The translations under genes were made by a program, and so were the position numbers. A stretch of DNA of 64,000 nt from Octopus sinensis (taxonomy: Eukaryota). Positions 1 through 12,860 of the stretch are shown piece by piece. Position 1 is the stretch's first letter, and each line of letters starts with the position of its first letter. The notes under the pieces are model-generated. The model worked only from the letters and a program-made list of their open reading frames with translations, was not told the DNA's origin and did no database searches. Where the stretch lies: positions 13,020,001 to 13,084,000 of the forward strand of contig NC_043022.1 of assembly GCF_006345805.1 (NCBI RefSeq), in the 5' to 3' direction.

Positions 1-273
1 TTTGATGTAGTGGTGTTCATGGTTTTCTGTGACTTGAGTAATATTTGAGGGGAGAATGTGAAATGCTCCAGAACACAACATGCTGCCTGATTCAGGAATT
101 GATCTCACTGCCGTAATGATTATAAGCTGAACACCCGAACCACAAGGCCATGCACTTTCATGGCAAAGTCAGTAGAGTGATGGGTTGATTTCCATTTATA
201 TCCTGGGTTCAAATTCTTCCAAGTTCAGCTTAGCTTTTCATTCTTCTGGGGTCAATAAAATAAAGTATGGGCC

Positions 274-478
274 GTCACTGCTGAGGACATGCATAAGCTC
301 CCAAGGAATGAATCCAGTATGATCCGATGGATGTGTAATGACAGTGTGCATATTCGACAGAGTGTAAGTACCTTGAGAGAAAAGTTTGACCTAAGAAGCA
401 TCAGATGTGGTGTGCAAGAGAGACTTTTGTGCTGGTATGGTCATGTGGCGAGAATGGATGTGGATAGCTGTGTGAAAA
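274..478 (+). mobile_element. RTE LINE fragment (C-terminal region)
   Basis: MIRWMC...STLREKFDLRSIRCGVQERLLCWYGHVARMD; same family as 51978. Confidence 0.85.
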
Positions 479-1181
479 TGTATGTATATATATATATGTA
501 TGTGTATGTGTATATATATATGTATATTTATATGTATATATATGTATGTATATATATATAAATATATGATGATAATATTAGGGAGTATAACTCCAAACTT
601 ACAGGGAAAAATTCAATTTAGTATTAAATCAAATTTCACAGTATAACTATATAAAATATAAATTAGACATGAAACCACTATCGTGCAACTCAAACACTAA
701 TAGACATAAACCAATACATAAATAACAAATAATATATATCTATATACATGATGATAATATATATATATTTTTAATAATATATAACTTATAACTAGACCTC
801 AAAAAGTATAAAAAGAATGATAAATATAATATAATAAGTAAAAACACTAAGTGTATTTCATGGCTATAATTAAATTCGAATCAAAATTATAGTCAATCTT
901 CAGATTAATGATAATAGTTAAATAAATAAGCAAATAGAGTTAAACAATATTTATTTAAGAAATAAATAAAATAATAATTTTTCTTTTAGAAAAATCTCCA
1001 TTAACTAAATTAGAAACTGAAAATATTAGGATTATTTCCTACAACACATTTATTAAGTTAAATGTTTAATTTTTAAGGTAAAAATAGATAGAAATATGTA
1101 TTTATCTTTGAAGATATAATTTGGCATTAAAAAACATAATAAACTCTAATATCTTTAACTCAGTTATACTCCAAATTTAAT

Positions 1182-1214
<33 letters not shown>

Positions 1215-1406
1215 ATATACATATATGTGTATGTATATGTATATATATATGTATGTATATATATATATATGTATGTGTATATATATATGTATGTGTATAT
1301 ATATGTATATGTGTATATATATGTATGTATATATATATGTGTGTGTATATGTATGTATATATATATGTATGTATGTATATGTATGAATATGTGTATGTAT
1401 GTATGT

Positions 1407-1610
1407 GTAAGGCAATGAGAAGCATGAAGACAGGGAAAGCCCAGGCGCATCAGGAATTACTGCAGAGATGCTCAAAATATCTGGCAGTGTCGGCTACAGC
1501 CTAGTCACCCGTATAGTTAACCAGGTGATACACGAAGGAGTCATCCCCAATGACTGGTGTAGCAGCATAATAGTTAACTGCTACAAAGGGTGACGCCCTA
1601 GATACAAATA
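1407..1610 (+). mobile_element. RTE LINE fragment (region upstream of RT)
   Basis: KAMRSMKTGKA...GITAEMLK...IVNQVIHEGVIPNDWCSSIIVNCYKG with a frameshift. Confidence 0.8.
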
Positions 1611-3899
1611 CCTTCAAGATGGTGTCCCAGCGTAGCTGTAGTCCAGTGAAACAGATAAAAGAATGGTTTCAAATTTAAACACAAGGGAAAAACAATCTTA
1701 GTGGGAGAAGGCAAGTTGATAATCCTTCACGCCATATTTGACAAGTACTTTAGTTTATTGACCTCCAAAAAGGCGTAAAGCCAAGTTGGTCTTGACAAGA
1801 TTTCAGTTCAGAATGTAGGGTTTTGAAAGAAATTAAGCATTTTGTCTGATGCGCTAATGATTCCACCTGTTTGGCACCTTAGAAATATCTACTATTAATA
1901 ACTAGAAATAATTATTTTTAAAAATGTGCCCTTTTACAGCCTAGCCAGTCTCATGGGCCAGGTTTCCATGGTGTATGTGTTCCTCAGCTGGACGGGACAC
2001 CAGTCCATCGCAGCTTACTCATTTTTGTCATCTGAGTGGACTGGAGCAACGTGAAATGAAGTGTTTCGCTCAAGAACACAATGCGTCGCCCAGTCCAGGA
2101 ATTGAAACCACAATCTTACGATCCTGATGCTGACACACTAACCACTAAGCCACGCGCCTCCACATAGAAATAATTATAATTGGAACATATTTTAATAATT
2201 CGTTTTCTATGTAAGTGAAGTACAAATAATTGAAACAACTTCCTGCCATATATATATATATATACATGTGTAAAGAGATGGGGAACCATTTTTCCTGACT
2301 CTCTTACGATTCTGCTCAACCAGAAATCTCTTGTAAATATTGAACTCTCTGCTTTGTCCAAAGATTGTTGTTGCTATAGTAATATTTGAAATATTGTTAT
2401 TCTCACATTCTTCAAAAAAAAAAAAAAAAAAAAAGACTTAAGTTTAACGCAATTCCCGCTTAAGAACTTTCATAAATAATGAGGTAATGCCAGTTATCTC
2501 CCTTCGTCGTACCAGTTACGTCCCTTGTTTTTATTTCGGATCCTCACATTTCACAGCACTTTCCGTGTTTCTTTAGGATCTCTTTCGCTATAAATAGCTG
2601 CAAATGCAACCGATTAAGCCTTCTTAAGACTTTCATAGTTCCTTCGACAAGATAGCTGGAATACTTCCGTCCTCGGACACGAGTCTACTTGATAGCAATG
2701 TCATTTCATGCCCTCACACATCACCAAGGACATGCACGTACATACATAATATATAGTTGTTCCTCTTCCACTATATATATATATATATACATAATCCACA
2801 TTTTTACGTCTATTTTCCCACGCTTGCATAAGTTTGGTGAGTCATGCCTCTGTTGTATTCCATTCTCATCTCCCGTGAGGACCAAGATCCTGAGATAAGC
2901 CTTCACCACTTCTTTACTATTCCCCTTCAATTGGATCCTTCCACATGAATCTCCTTCTGCTGCTTTTCCGCAATACATTTGATCCCTGTGATAACCAGCT
3001 TTTCTCTCGGCTCTTCTCTATCTCAGCATTCCTCTACCATGATATTATACATTCAATGAACGTATAATATTTATATTATAGATGACGTATGCATGTACAT
3101 ATGTATGCAAGCTCGGGCATGGCTGTGTGATAAGAAGCTTGCTTCCTGACCATATGTTTCTGGGTTCACTCCTTCCGCATCGCACCTTAGGCAAGTATCT
3201 TTTACTATAGCCTCAGGTTGACAAGTCTACCTTGTTACTTTTCCCAACCTTTGCACCAAGTGTCTACATCTCACCATGATTCAAGCACCTGCATCATGTC
3301 ATCTGCCCTTCTTCTCTCACAGGGAATATCTCGTTTTTGGGGTTTTTTTGTTAGACTAAAGAGCATATTCTGTCAAAAGCCTTCTCTTGATCAATCAACA
3401 CTGGGTGAAGAGGTTAGTGAAACAATAGCAAGGGAAGTCGCTATGAAGAGAGCATCAGTGATTCTTTTCCAACTTGAGACCCAACCCAAGCTGTATATAT
3501 CTCATCTGCAGTGATTCGAGTGTTGGGCCTTACAGAGACAAAGTGGCTGAGATCCTTTTGAGTGTTGGACCTTACAGAGGCAAAATGGCTAAGTTCTTTT
3601 CGAGTGTTGAGCTTCACAGAGGCAATGACCGAGACCTTTGGCATTATGTTGTATTTGAGAAGAAGACCCATCAAACTGAGCAAAATCGCAGTCATGGCAG
3701 ATACCAGTGTCATGCAAATTGGCACCCATTACACTCTGAGAGTGGTTGGCATTAGGAAGGGCATCCAGCCATAGAAAACCATGCCAAATCAGACTGGAGT
3801 CCTGTCAAACCGTCCAATCCATGCCAGCATGGACAACAGATGTTAAATGATGATGGCGATGAACAGAAGCTAGCATCTGAAGAACAAAACATAATATTC

Positions 3900-5373
3900 T
3901 GTAATTATTTAGTGAGGATGGGTTTGGAGCAAGAACTCAAGGAAAGAATGGAATCATTACAGATAAAATGGCGAAAAAGGCTAAACGTGAAATTTCAAAA
4001 CAAAGAGAGAAACAGAAGAAATGTCTTCTTCTCACTCTTTCTCTCTATCTTTTTCTGTGTACTTGACTCCATCTTTCTATTTGTCCCTCTGTAGAAAAAT
4101 AAACCCCCGAGTTCAGGGCAAGATGATGTTTTCTCATCTCCAAATATTTCCTTCAAATAAAAACAGATAAAGATTCCAAAAACATCACAATAAAAACAAA
4201 AAAACAACAAAAAAGAAATTAATTTTCTATTTCTCCTTTTCTTTCTTTTTTTCTTTTAAAGTGAAAGAAAAACAAAAAAAAAAAAAATTCAGAATACATC
4301 TATTGTGGTAGTTGGGGTGGGGAGGGAGGGGAGATGAAGATTGGCTAAAAAGGTAAAACCCACCCCCACTGCAATGATTGTGATTTTCTTTTTTTTTTTA
4401 TTAAAGAGGGGTGGTGGTCGTTTTACATTGTCTCTGATTTCTTTTTCACGGCACACGACCACAAGGAACAGCCGGATGTTGTAGAAAAACCATTTCACTT
4501 CAGTTCAGTGAAACAACATTATTATTATTATTATTTGCCATGGAACTATGTACAGATGTCAATATGACTTGAAGAGTTCGGGGGCGGGGGGGTGAAAAGT
4601 CTGCAGGAGGGGGGGATTTGGGAGGAGGGCAAGTGGAACTCTCTAGTGACAACGAAAGGAAAAAGGGGCTGGGTTGCAATCTGCAGAGATAAACAGCAAA
4701 TTGATAGTAAAAAAAAAAGGGTCTTCTTTGGAGTGGATTTCATTCTCTGTTTATCTCATGAAATTGTTATTTTTTACCTGTCTTCTTTTACAGGTGTTTC
4801 TTTTTTTCATTGTCATTTTTAGATATTCATCTTCTTAAATAATTGTGTTTGTGTTTGTTTGTTATTTTTGTTGTGTTTTGTTGTTTTTTTTCTCTCCCTT
4901 TTGTTTGGATGTTTTTGTTTTCTTTTTTGTCTTGAAAAATATTTTGGTAGTCTTTCTCAACAAGGGAGACAGTTTGTCTTGAGATTATTACCATCATCAT
5001 CATCATTATTATTATTATTATTATTATTATTGTCTTTTAGGTGGACATTCGCAAGACGTTCCGACAGTCGGTTATGTCCGAGCTGTTCTGAACGTCTGAG
5101 CGTAGGGCAAACACCATGATTGATGAAATGTGGTTGATTGTAGTGAATAATAGTCTGCAGCCGTTTGTCCACCACCTAATAACAACAACAACAACAACAA
5201 CAACAGCAGCAATAACAGTAAAAAACCCTACTGTGGCCGCTGTTAGCGACAAACAACATTGACAAAGACTGTGAGTGGTGCCGGAGAATGAGGGGTCAGC
5301 CTCGGGCAAACCCGTAGGAAGCAAAGTGAACAGGTGATGGTGTTGTATCAACTAACAAATTGCCCGTTGGATG
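3900..5373 (-). other. Probable CTDNEP1 3' UTR (distal end uncertain)
   Basis: Non-repetitive low-complexity tract downstream of the stop, with a minus-strand AATAAA near 4397-4402; the extent is a guess. Confidence 0.4.
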
Positions 5374-5516
5374 TTATGGGCGTTGAAGATGGAGGTTACG
5401 ACTGAGGACCGAACGCACATCGTTGGTAAAGCGGAGGGCGTCCAACATGGGTAAGAGACACAGGAGAGCTGTGTCACGGGCGTCGCAAAACCACGAGTCA
5501 ATGGGGATTGCATTAT
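5374..5516 (-). CDS. CTDNEP1: CTDNEP1 terminal coding exon ending in TAA
   Basis: tttcag|AT AAT GCA... encodes (D)[46 protein letters not shown]; phase-1 join with the previous exon. Confidence 0.97.
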
Positions 5517-6702
5517 CTGAAAACAGAAGGAGAAAAAAAGAAGAATATTTAAAAAACATTTCCAGTTCTGGCATAAAACCACCTCCCCCCCCCCTCAAGA
5601 ATAGAGCCTCACCCACTCAGTAGAAGGGGCTTTTCTCGTTTCTTCTCGGTTAATTGGTGACTTTATGAGTTCCAGTGGTATGATAAAAAAAAAAGAGCCC
5701 CTAGTTGCACACTGTAAAATGGTTGGTGTTGGGGAGGGCATCCAGTTGTAGAAATCATGCCAAAATTGACGATGGAGCTCAACATGACCCTGCAACTGGT
5801 TGGATCCTGTAAAAAGTGGCCAACACATACCAGCATGGAAAACCAGATATCAAATAGTGATGATAACACAAAGGAAAGAAACACTGAAGTGATATCATCA
5901 TCATCATCGTTTAATGTCCATCTTCCATGCTGACGTGGATTGGATGGTTTGACAGGAGGTGGCAAGCCAGAGGATTGCACCAAGCCCCACTGTCTGATTT
6001 TGCAGGGTCTCTACAGCTAGATGCCCTTCCTAACACCACACAATCACACACACACTGTTACATTGTTAGCATATTATACATTCCACGCCCTACATGCCAT
6101 GGAAAATCACCCCCAAACATCAAAGATGTGCGCAACATCCCAGAACACAACATCATCCTACAATCATTATGCCTGCTTTCCATGCAGCCTGGACCAGGAG
6201 CTGGCAAACTCTTTGTATCATTGACCCTTTCACAGATTAACTCATCGACCCCAGTACTTGTTCATATTAAACCTGGTACTTATTTTATCGGTTCTCTTTT
6301 GCCAGACCACTAAGTTACAGGATGTAATCACACCAACACCAGTTGTCAAGCAGTGGTGGAGGACAACCATAGACACAAAGGCTCACACACACACACACAC
6401 ACATATATATGCACAATGGGCTTCTTTCAGTTTCCATCTACCAAATCTACTCACAAGGCTTTAGTCAGCCCAAGGCTATAGTAGAAGACATTTGCCTAAA
6501 GTTCCACACAGTGAAACTGAACCCAGAACCATGTGGTTGGAAAGCTAGCTTCTTACTTCACAGCCATGCCTTTTTAGTAAGAAATATTTAAAGAAATTCA
6601 CTGAAAATACTTAATGAAATTAATAAAGAACGATAAAAATTTAGTCACATTGTATTGATATAATAAATATATTTGATGTGAAATATGGGTTTTGTGAATT
6701 CC

Positions 6703-7256
6703 AGTTATTTCATGTGGAAATTAGTGGGTTTTAGCCTGAAATTTCTACATTCCTCCAAGTTTATTTTGTATCGTCTCCATCACGATGTCTTCATAAAAAG
6801 TGTGCCCTGGTCTTTAATCGATTCACCAGTCAGCCATGTGGTGTTGCCTGTTTACTAGGTGCATGTCAATGATGTAATATCAGGAGGCACATGGCCTAGT
6901 GGTTAGAGCAGTGGATTCACGGTCGAGGGATCGCAGGTTCGAATCTCAGACCGGGCGATGTGTGTGTTTATGAGCGAAACACCTAAGCTCCACGCGGCTC
7001 CAGCAGAAGGTAATGGCAAACTTCTACTGACTCTTTCGCCACAACTTTCTCTCACTCTTTCCTCCTGCATCTTGCAACTCACCTGCGACAGACCGGCGTC
7101 CCATCCAGGTGGGGAACCTATACGCCAAGGAAACCGGGAAACCGGCCCTTATGAGTCAGGCATGGCTCAAGAAGGAACAAACATATCATGTATCATCATA
7201 TTGTATTTCAGAGAGACCTTTTTAAATCCAATCTGATTCATGTTGGAAAAAAACTA
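6703..7256. repeat. 554-bp direct duplication, second copy at 11622-12175
   Basis: Constant offset of 4919; three mismatches seen by eye. Confidence 0.95.
6883..7182 (+). mobile_element. tRNA-derived SINE family C (duplicate at 11802-12101; related 3' part at 63725-64000 on the minus strand)
   Basis: A box TGGCCTAGTGG and B box GGTTCGAATC followed by a non-tRNA body; shares aactttctctcactctt with the element truncated at the window end. Confidence 0.85.
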
Positions 7257-7435
7257 GTTTGCTAATAATTCAGCACCTTTATGTCTCAAAATCATTTCAG
7301 GTGTTTATCAACCCCCACCCGCTGGATAAACCACACTAGACCTCCACTTTGCTAAGCCCTGGTCAAGACAAACAAAAACACATGCACACACGCATATATG
7401 TGGCATAATAATGGTGAAATAATGTGGTGCCTTAC

Positions 7436-7547
7436 CTGGGTAAGATTTATATGCTACTGGAGAGTTATCCAAGATAAATATACTGGACAGGTCACTACTG
7501 ATAGCTGCTAAGTCTTTGGTGTAACTGCCAAAATCAAAACTGCAATG
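7436..7547 (-). CDS. CTDNEP1: CTDNEP1 sixth coding exon (112 nt)
   Basis: ttccag|CAT TGC...TAC CCA G|gtaagg encodes [37 protein letters not shown] (KDL and LDNSP motifs). Confidence 0.97.
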
Positions 7548-7630
7548 CTGGAATATAATAAGCATACAATCATCATCATCATCATCATAGCCATTCTCAT
7601 CACTGTCACCATATTCTTCATCATCATCAT

Positions 7631-7905
7631 TTTTGATCTCCATGTGTCTAACACACGTGGACATGCCTACAAAGTCAGAAAACAACACAGCTCCCATGAC
7701 TTTCGGAAACATTTTTTCACGCTCAGGGTTGCTGAAGCGTGGAATAAACTGCCTGCGTCAGTTGTTGACTGCCATGACACTGCATCCTTTAAGGCCCTCA
7801 TGCTTTCCGAAATCCGCCGAAACTACACCTGATTATATATACACTTTAGATGAGTTGTGGTGCACCTGAGCACTGTACACAATTATTATTATTATTATTA
7901 TTATT
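7631..7905 (+). mobile_element. CR1/L2-like LINE 3' fragment, same family as 26741
   Basis: [41 protein letters not shown]; (ATT)n tail. Confidence 0.9.
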
Positions 7906-8127
7906 GGTTTCAAATTCTGGTACAGGGCCAGCAATTTGGGGGGGGGGGAGAAAGTCAATTGCATCAACTTCAGTGCTTAACTGGTAAATAATTTTATCGA
8001 CCCCGAAAGGATGAAAGGTAAAGTCAACCAGGGCAGAATTTGAACTCAGAACATAAAAAGATGGATGAAATGCCACCAAGCATTTTGTCCAGTGTGCTAA
8101 CAATTCCACCAGCTCACCACCTTCACC

Positions 8128-9010
8128 ATGATTCATCATCATCATCGTTTAACGTCCGTTCTCCATGCTAGCATGGGTTGGACGGTTCAACTGGGGTCTG
8201 GGAAGCCAGAAGGCTGCACCAGGCTCCAGTCTGATCTGGCAGTGTTTCTACAGCTGGATGCCCTTCCTAACGCCAACCACTCCGTGAGTGTAGTGGGTGC
8301 TTTTTACGTGCCACCTGCACTGGTGCCAGACAAGGCTGGCAAATGGCCACAAACGGATGGTGCTTTTTACGTGCCACCGGCACGGGGGCCAGTCGGGGTG
8401 GCACTGGCAATGGCCACGTTCGGATGGTTCTCTTACGTGCCACCGGCATGGAGGCCAGTCGGGGTGGCACTGGCAATGGCCACGTTCGGATGGTTCTCTT
8501 ACGTGCCACCGGCATGGAGGCCAGTCGGGGTGGCACTGGCAATGGCCACGTTCGGATGGTTCTCTTACGTGCCACCGGCATGGAGGCCAGTCGGGGTGGC
8601 ACTGGCAATGGCCACGTTCGGATGGTTCTCTTACGTGCCACGGCATGGAGGCCAGTCGGGGTGGCACTGCAATGGCCACGTTCGGATGGTTCTTACGTGC
8701 CACCGGCATGGAGGCCAGTCGGGGTGGCACTGGCAATGGCCACGTTCGGATGGTTCTCTTACGTGCCACCGGCATGGAGGCCAGTCGGGGTGGCACTGGC
8801 AATGGCCACGTTCGGATGGTTCTCTTACGTGCCACCGGCATGGAGGCCAGTCGGGGTGGCACTGGCAATGGCCACGTTCGGATGGTTCTCTTACGTGCCA
8901 CCGGCATGGAGGCCAGTCGGGGTGGCACTGGCAATGGCCACGTTCGGATGGTTCTCTTACGTGCCACCGGCACTGGTATCACAGCTACAATTTCCACTGA
9001 TGTTGAACGC
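8128..9010 (-). mobile_element. 5'-truncated RTE 3' UTR with an expanded 66-bp tandem array, in the intron between CTDNEP1 coding exons 5 and 6
   Basis: (CAT)n tail at 8133-8145; nine units of about 66 bp at 8379-8968; same flanking sequence as the 3' UTR at 52380-52780. Confidence 0.85.
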
Positions 9011-9243
9011 TATTATTATTATTATTATTATTAACATCTACTTTGACATCCTTCAATATTACATTCTCTTACTTAGTTGAGGGGGGGGGGTCTTGTCTTT
9101 CAACAGACCTCCCTAATGCTGGTACCAACAAAAAACGCATCCAATACACTCGGTAAAGAGGCATTGGGAAGAGCATCCAGCTACAGAAACCATGCCAAAG
9201 CAAACACAGGACCCTGGCACACTACTACTACTACTACTACTAC

Positions 9244-9278
<35 letters not shown>

Positions 9279-9279
9279 A

Positions 9280-9321
<42 letters not shown>

Positions 9322-9858
9322 CAGCAGCAGCAGCAGCAGCGTTTAAAACTGCTGCAAAATCAATATACATTGCAGAAGGATTATACATTTCTTTACTACC
9401 CACAAGGGGCTAAACACAGAGGGGACAAACAAGGACAGACAAAGGGATTAAATCAATTACATCGCCACCAGTGCGTAACTGGTACTTAATTTATCGACCC
9501 CGAAAGGATGAAAGGCAAAGTCGACCTCGGCGGAATTTGAACTCAGAACGTAACGGCAGACGAAATATGGCTACGCATTTCGCCCGACGTGCTACCGATT
9601 CTACCAGCTCAAGGATTATAGTGAGATTAACAGATACCTAGTTTATCAATGCCTAAATAATGATTTGGGAGAAAATGTGAGCCCAGTATATTATTGGTAT
9701 CAAATTAAACAGCCTCTCACACACACACATCTACTCTACCCCTAAAGAAATGAAAGACCAAGTTGGCCTGGGCAGGATTTGAACTTGGAATGTAACAACA
9801 ACAACAGCAAATGTGACAAAGAGAAACAGGAAAAACATGTAATTAAGTGACCACTTAC

Positions 9859-9975
9859 CTGTCTGTAATACCTTTTCTTTAGAATTCCTCGATTGTTGTC
9901 TAATTTGTCTGCTACTGCGGCACCGTAGATCTCCATACTAGCAGTGAAGACAACTAAGTCGTACCAATGACTAAC
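9859..9975 (-). CDS. CTDNEP1: CTDNEP1 fifth coding exon (117 nt)
   Basis: gtccag|GTT AGT CAT...AGA CAG|gtaagt encodes [39 protein letters not shown] (FTAS motif); lies within ORF 9742..10206. Confidence 0.97.
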
Positions 9976-10839
9976 CTGGACACAGAGTGGGGCAAAAGTT
10001 ATAAGGATGCCCAGCAAAAAACAAACAAACAAACAAGCAAAGGAGAAAAATAACACACAGGCCACTTGGCTGTAAACAGGTACCATGAATAGAGTTACAC
10101 TCCACTTAGCTGTAAAGAGGAACCATCTAGAGATACACTCCACTGGGCTACCACCCCACCCCTCAGGTACATTGTATAGAGCCAGTTTAGAATGAATATC
10201 CAACAAAGATGGTACAGAAAGAACAGGGTGCTGGCCACCCTAGGTACATTATACAACAGGTGTCATGTGAAGCTACAATCCACCAGGCTAAAAACAGGTG
10301 GATGCACAGTGTACCTGGCTGTTAATAGGTGCCATGTGAAAGTACAATCCACCGGACTGTAGATAGCTTTTGTACAGATGCAATAGAATCCTGATTAACC
10401 TGGATAAATGTTATGATACACAGAAAGAACAGGGTACTACTGGCTGCTCTGGGTATCTTATATAAAGACTGCTTAAACTAAGCCTTCAAGGTAGATGCAC
10501 AGGCCACTACCCCCACCCTCAGGTACATTGTATAGAGCCATTTTAGAATGAATACCCAACAAAGATGGTACAGAAAGAACAGGGTGCTGGCCACCCTAGG
10601 TACATTATATAACAGTAGTGCAGACTGAGCACACAAGTTTGAGGCACAGGGTACTTGGCCACCCAGAGTACATTGTATAGAGACAGTTTCAATTAAATAC
10701 TCAGAGAAGATGAAAGAGACTAATGAATAAAAGTTAATAACCATCTGTAACTTGTACCATTATGAGAGATTTTGATTACCAAGGGTTCCAGAGTTCTAAT
10801 CACAAAGGCAGTAGTAATAGGAGAGATGTGGATACTTAC

Positions 10840-10911
10840 TATTTCTAAGAAGTAGTCAACATGAGGTCGCTTATACACAAAGAAACGAACAGGATGTCGA
10901 TCTATGATAAC
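10840..10911 (-). CDS. CTDNEP1: CTDNEP1 fourth coding exon (72 nt)
   Basis: ttccag|GTT ATC ATA GAT...GAA ATA|gtaagt encodes [24 protein letters not shown]. Confidence 0.96.
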
Positions 10912-12285
10912 CTGGAAGTAGAAAACAATATAAATATAAATATATAGGTATTGTGATGCATATCTATTGAAACCAACTTCAAATTCTCAGCCACATTAGA
11001 TGTCATCCATTCTTTTCTGGATGAGAAGAACAAACGACATGATCATCCCAACAGCACAGCATCAGTGCAGTCCACACACCTCATTACACTTGTACAGGTG
11101 ATGAGACAATTCTAGAGGACCATTGTTCTTGTACAAGGCTACATATGTCAAGTTCTGTGGCAACAAGCCAACACAGAGACTGCATCTCACTCGTGTTTGA
11201 ACATACACCATACAATGCTCGTATAAACACATACAAACACCCAGCCACAACCCATATACACATAACAGTTAATGCTTGTTTAGTACCGCATTGACTGGCC
11301 TCCGTGCCGGTGGCACGTAAAAAACACCATCCGAGCGTGGCCGTTCGCCAGCCTCGTCTGGCACCTGTGTCGGTGGCACATAAAATCACCCACTACACTC
11401 TTGGAGTGGTTGGCGTTAGGAAGGGCATCCAGCTGTAGAAACACTACCAGATCTGACTGGCCTGGTGCAGCCTTCGGGCTTCCCAGACCCCAGTTGAACT
11501 GTCCAACCCATGCTAGCATGGAAAGCGGACGTTAAACGTTGATGATGATGATTGCATTTCTAAATCTCTCAGCTCAAGGATTTCTCTTTACATTTTTAGA
11601 GAACAGGTTTATTCTTAAACAAGTTATTTCATGTGGAAATTAGTGGGTTTTAGCCTGAAATTTCTACATTCCTCCAAGTTTATTTTGTATCGTCTCCATC
11701 ACGATGTCTTCATAAAAAGTGTGCCCTGGTCTTTAATCGATTCACCAGTCAGCCATGTGGTGTTGCCTGTTTACTAGGTGCATGTCAATGATGTAATATC
11801 AGGAGGCACATGGCCTAGTGGTTAGAGCAGTGGATTCACGGTCGAGGGATCGCAGGTTCGAATCTCAGACCGGGCGATGTGTGTGTTTATGAGCGAAACA
11901 CCTAAGCTCCACGCGGCTCCAGCAGAAGGTAATGGCAAACTTCTACTGACTCTTTCGCCACAACTTTCTCTCAATCTTTCCTCCTGCATCTTGCAACTCA
12001 CCTGCGACGGACCGGTGTCCCATCCAGGTGGGGAACCTATACGCCAAGGAAACCGGGAAACCGGCCCTTATGAGTCAGGCATGGCTCAAGAAGGAACAAA
12101 CATATCATGTATCATCATATTGTATTTCAGAGAGACCTTTTTAAATCCAATCTGATTCATGTTGGAAAAAAACTATTGTTGAAAGTGACTTCGAAAGCTT
12201 TGGTCAGTTATGCCATCATCACAAACACAAAGTTACCAGTGAAACACATTTATGGCTGTAATGTACGACAGAGGTGGAGGTTGGT

Positions 12286-12860
12286 GGATGTGATGTAATG
12301 CAAAGTGGGGGTAGGATGTGATGCATGACAAAGTGGGGGCAGGATGTGATGTATAACAAAGTGGAGGTAGGATGTGATGCATGACAAAGTGGGGGCAGGA
12401 TGTGATGCATGACAAAGTGGGGGCAGGATGTGATGTATAACAAAGTGGAGGTAGGATGTGATGTATGACAAAGTAGGGGCAGGATGTGATGTATAACAAA
12501 GTGGAGGTAGGATGTGATGCATGACAAAGTGGGGGTAGGATGTGATGCATGACAAAGTGGGGGCAGGATGTGATGTATAACAAAGTGGAGGCAGGATGTG
12601 ATGTATAACAAAGTGGGGGTAGGATGTGATGCATGACAAAGTGGGGGCAGGATGTGATGTATAACAAAGTGGGGGTAGGATGTGATGCATGACAAAGTGG
12701 GGGCAGGATGTGATGCATGACAAAGTGGGGGCAGGATGTGATGTATAACAAAGTGGGAGTAGGATGTGATGCATGACAAAGTGGGGGTAGGATGTGATGC
12801 ATGACAAAGTGGGGGTAGGATGTGATGCATGACAAAGTGGGGGCAGGATGTGATGTAATG
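12286..12860. repeat. 28-bp minisatellite, about 20 copies
   Basis: Unit GGATGTGATG(C/T)AT(G/A)ACAAAGTGG(G/A)GG(C/T)A; period measured at 12314/12342/12370. Confidence 0.95.

Noticed and set aside
6883-6955. Possible tRNA gene
   Set aside because: A and B boxes are present but the acceptor and anticodon stems do not close, and the sequence continues into a SINE body.
8128-9080. ORFs of 245-290 aa with repeated peptides on both strands
   Set aside because: Product of a 66-bp (multiple of 3) stop-free tandem unit in an RTE 3' UTR.
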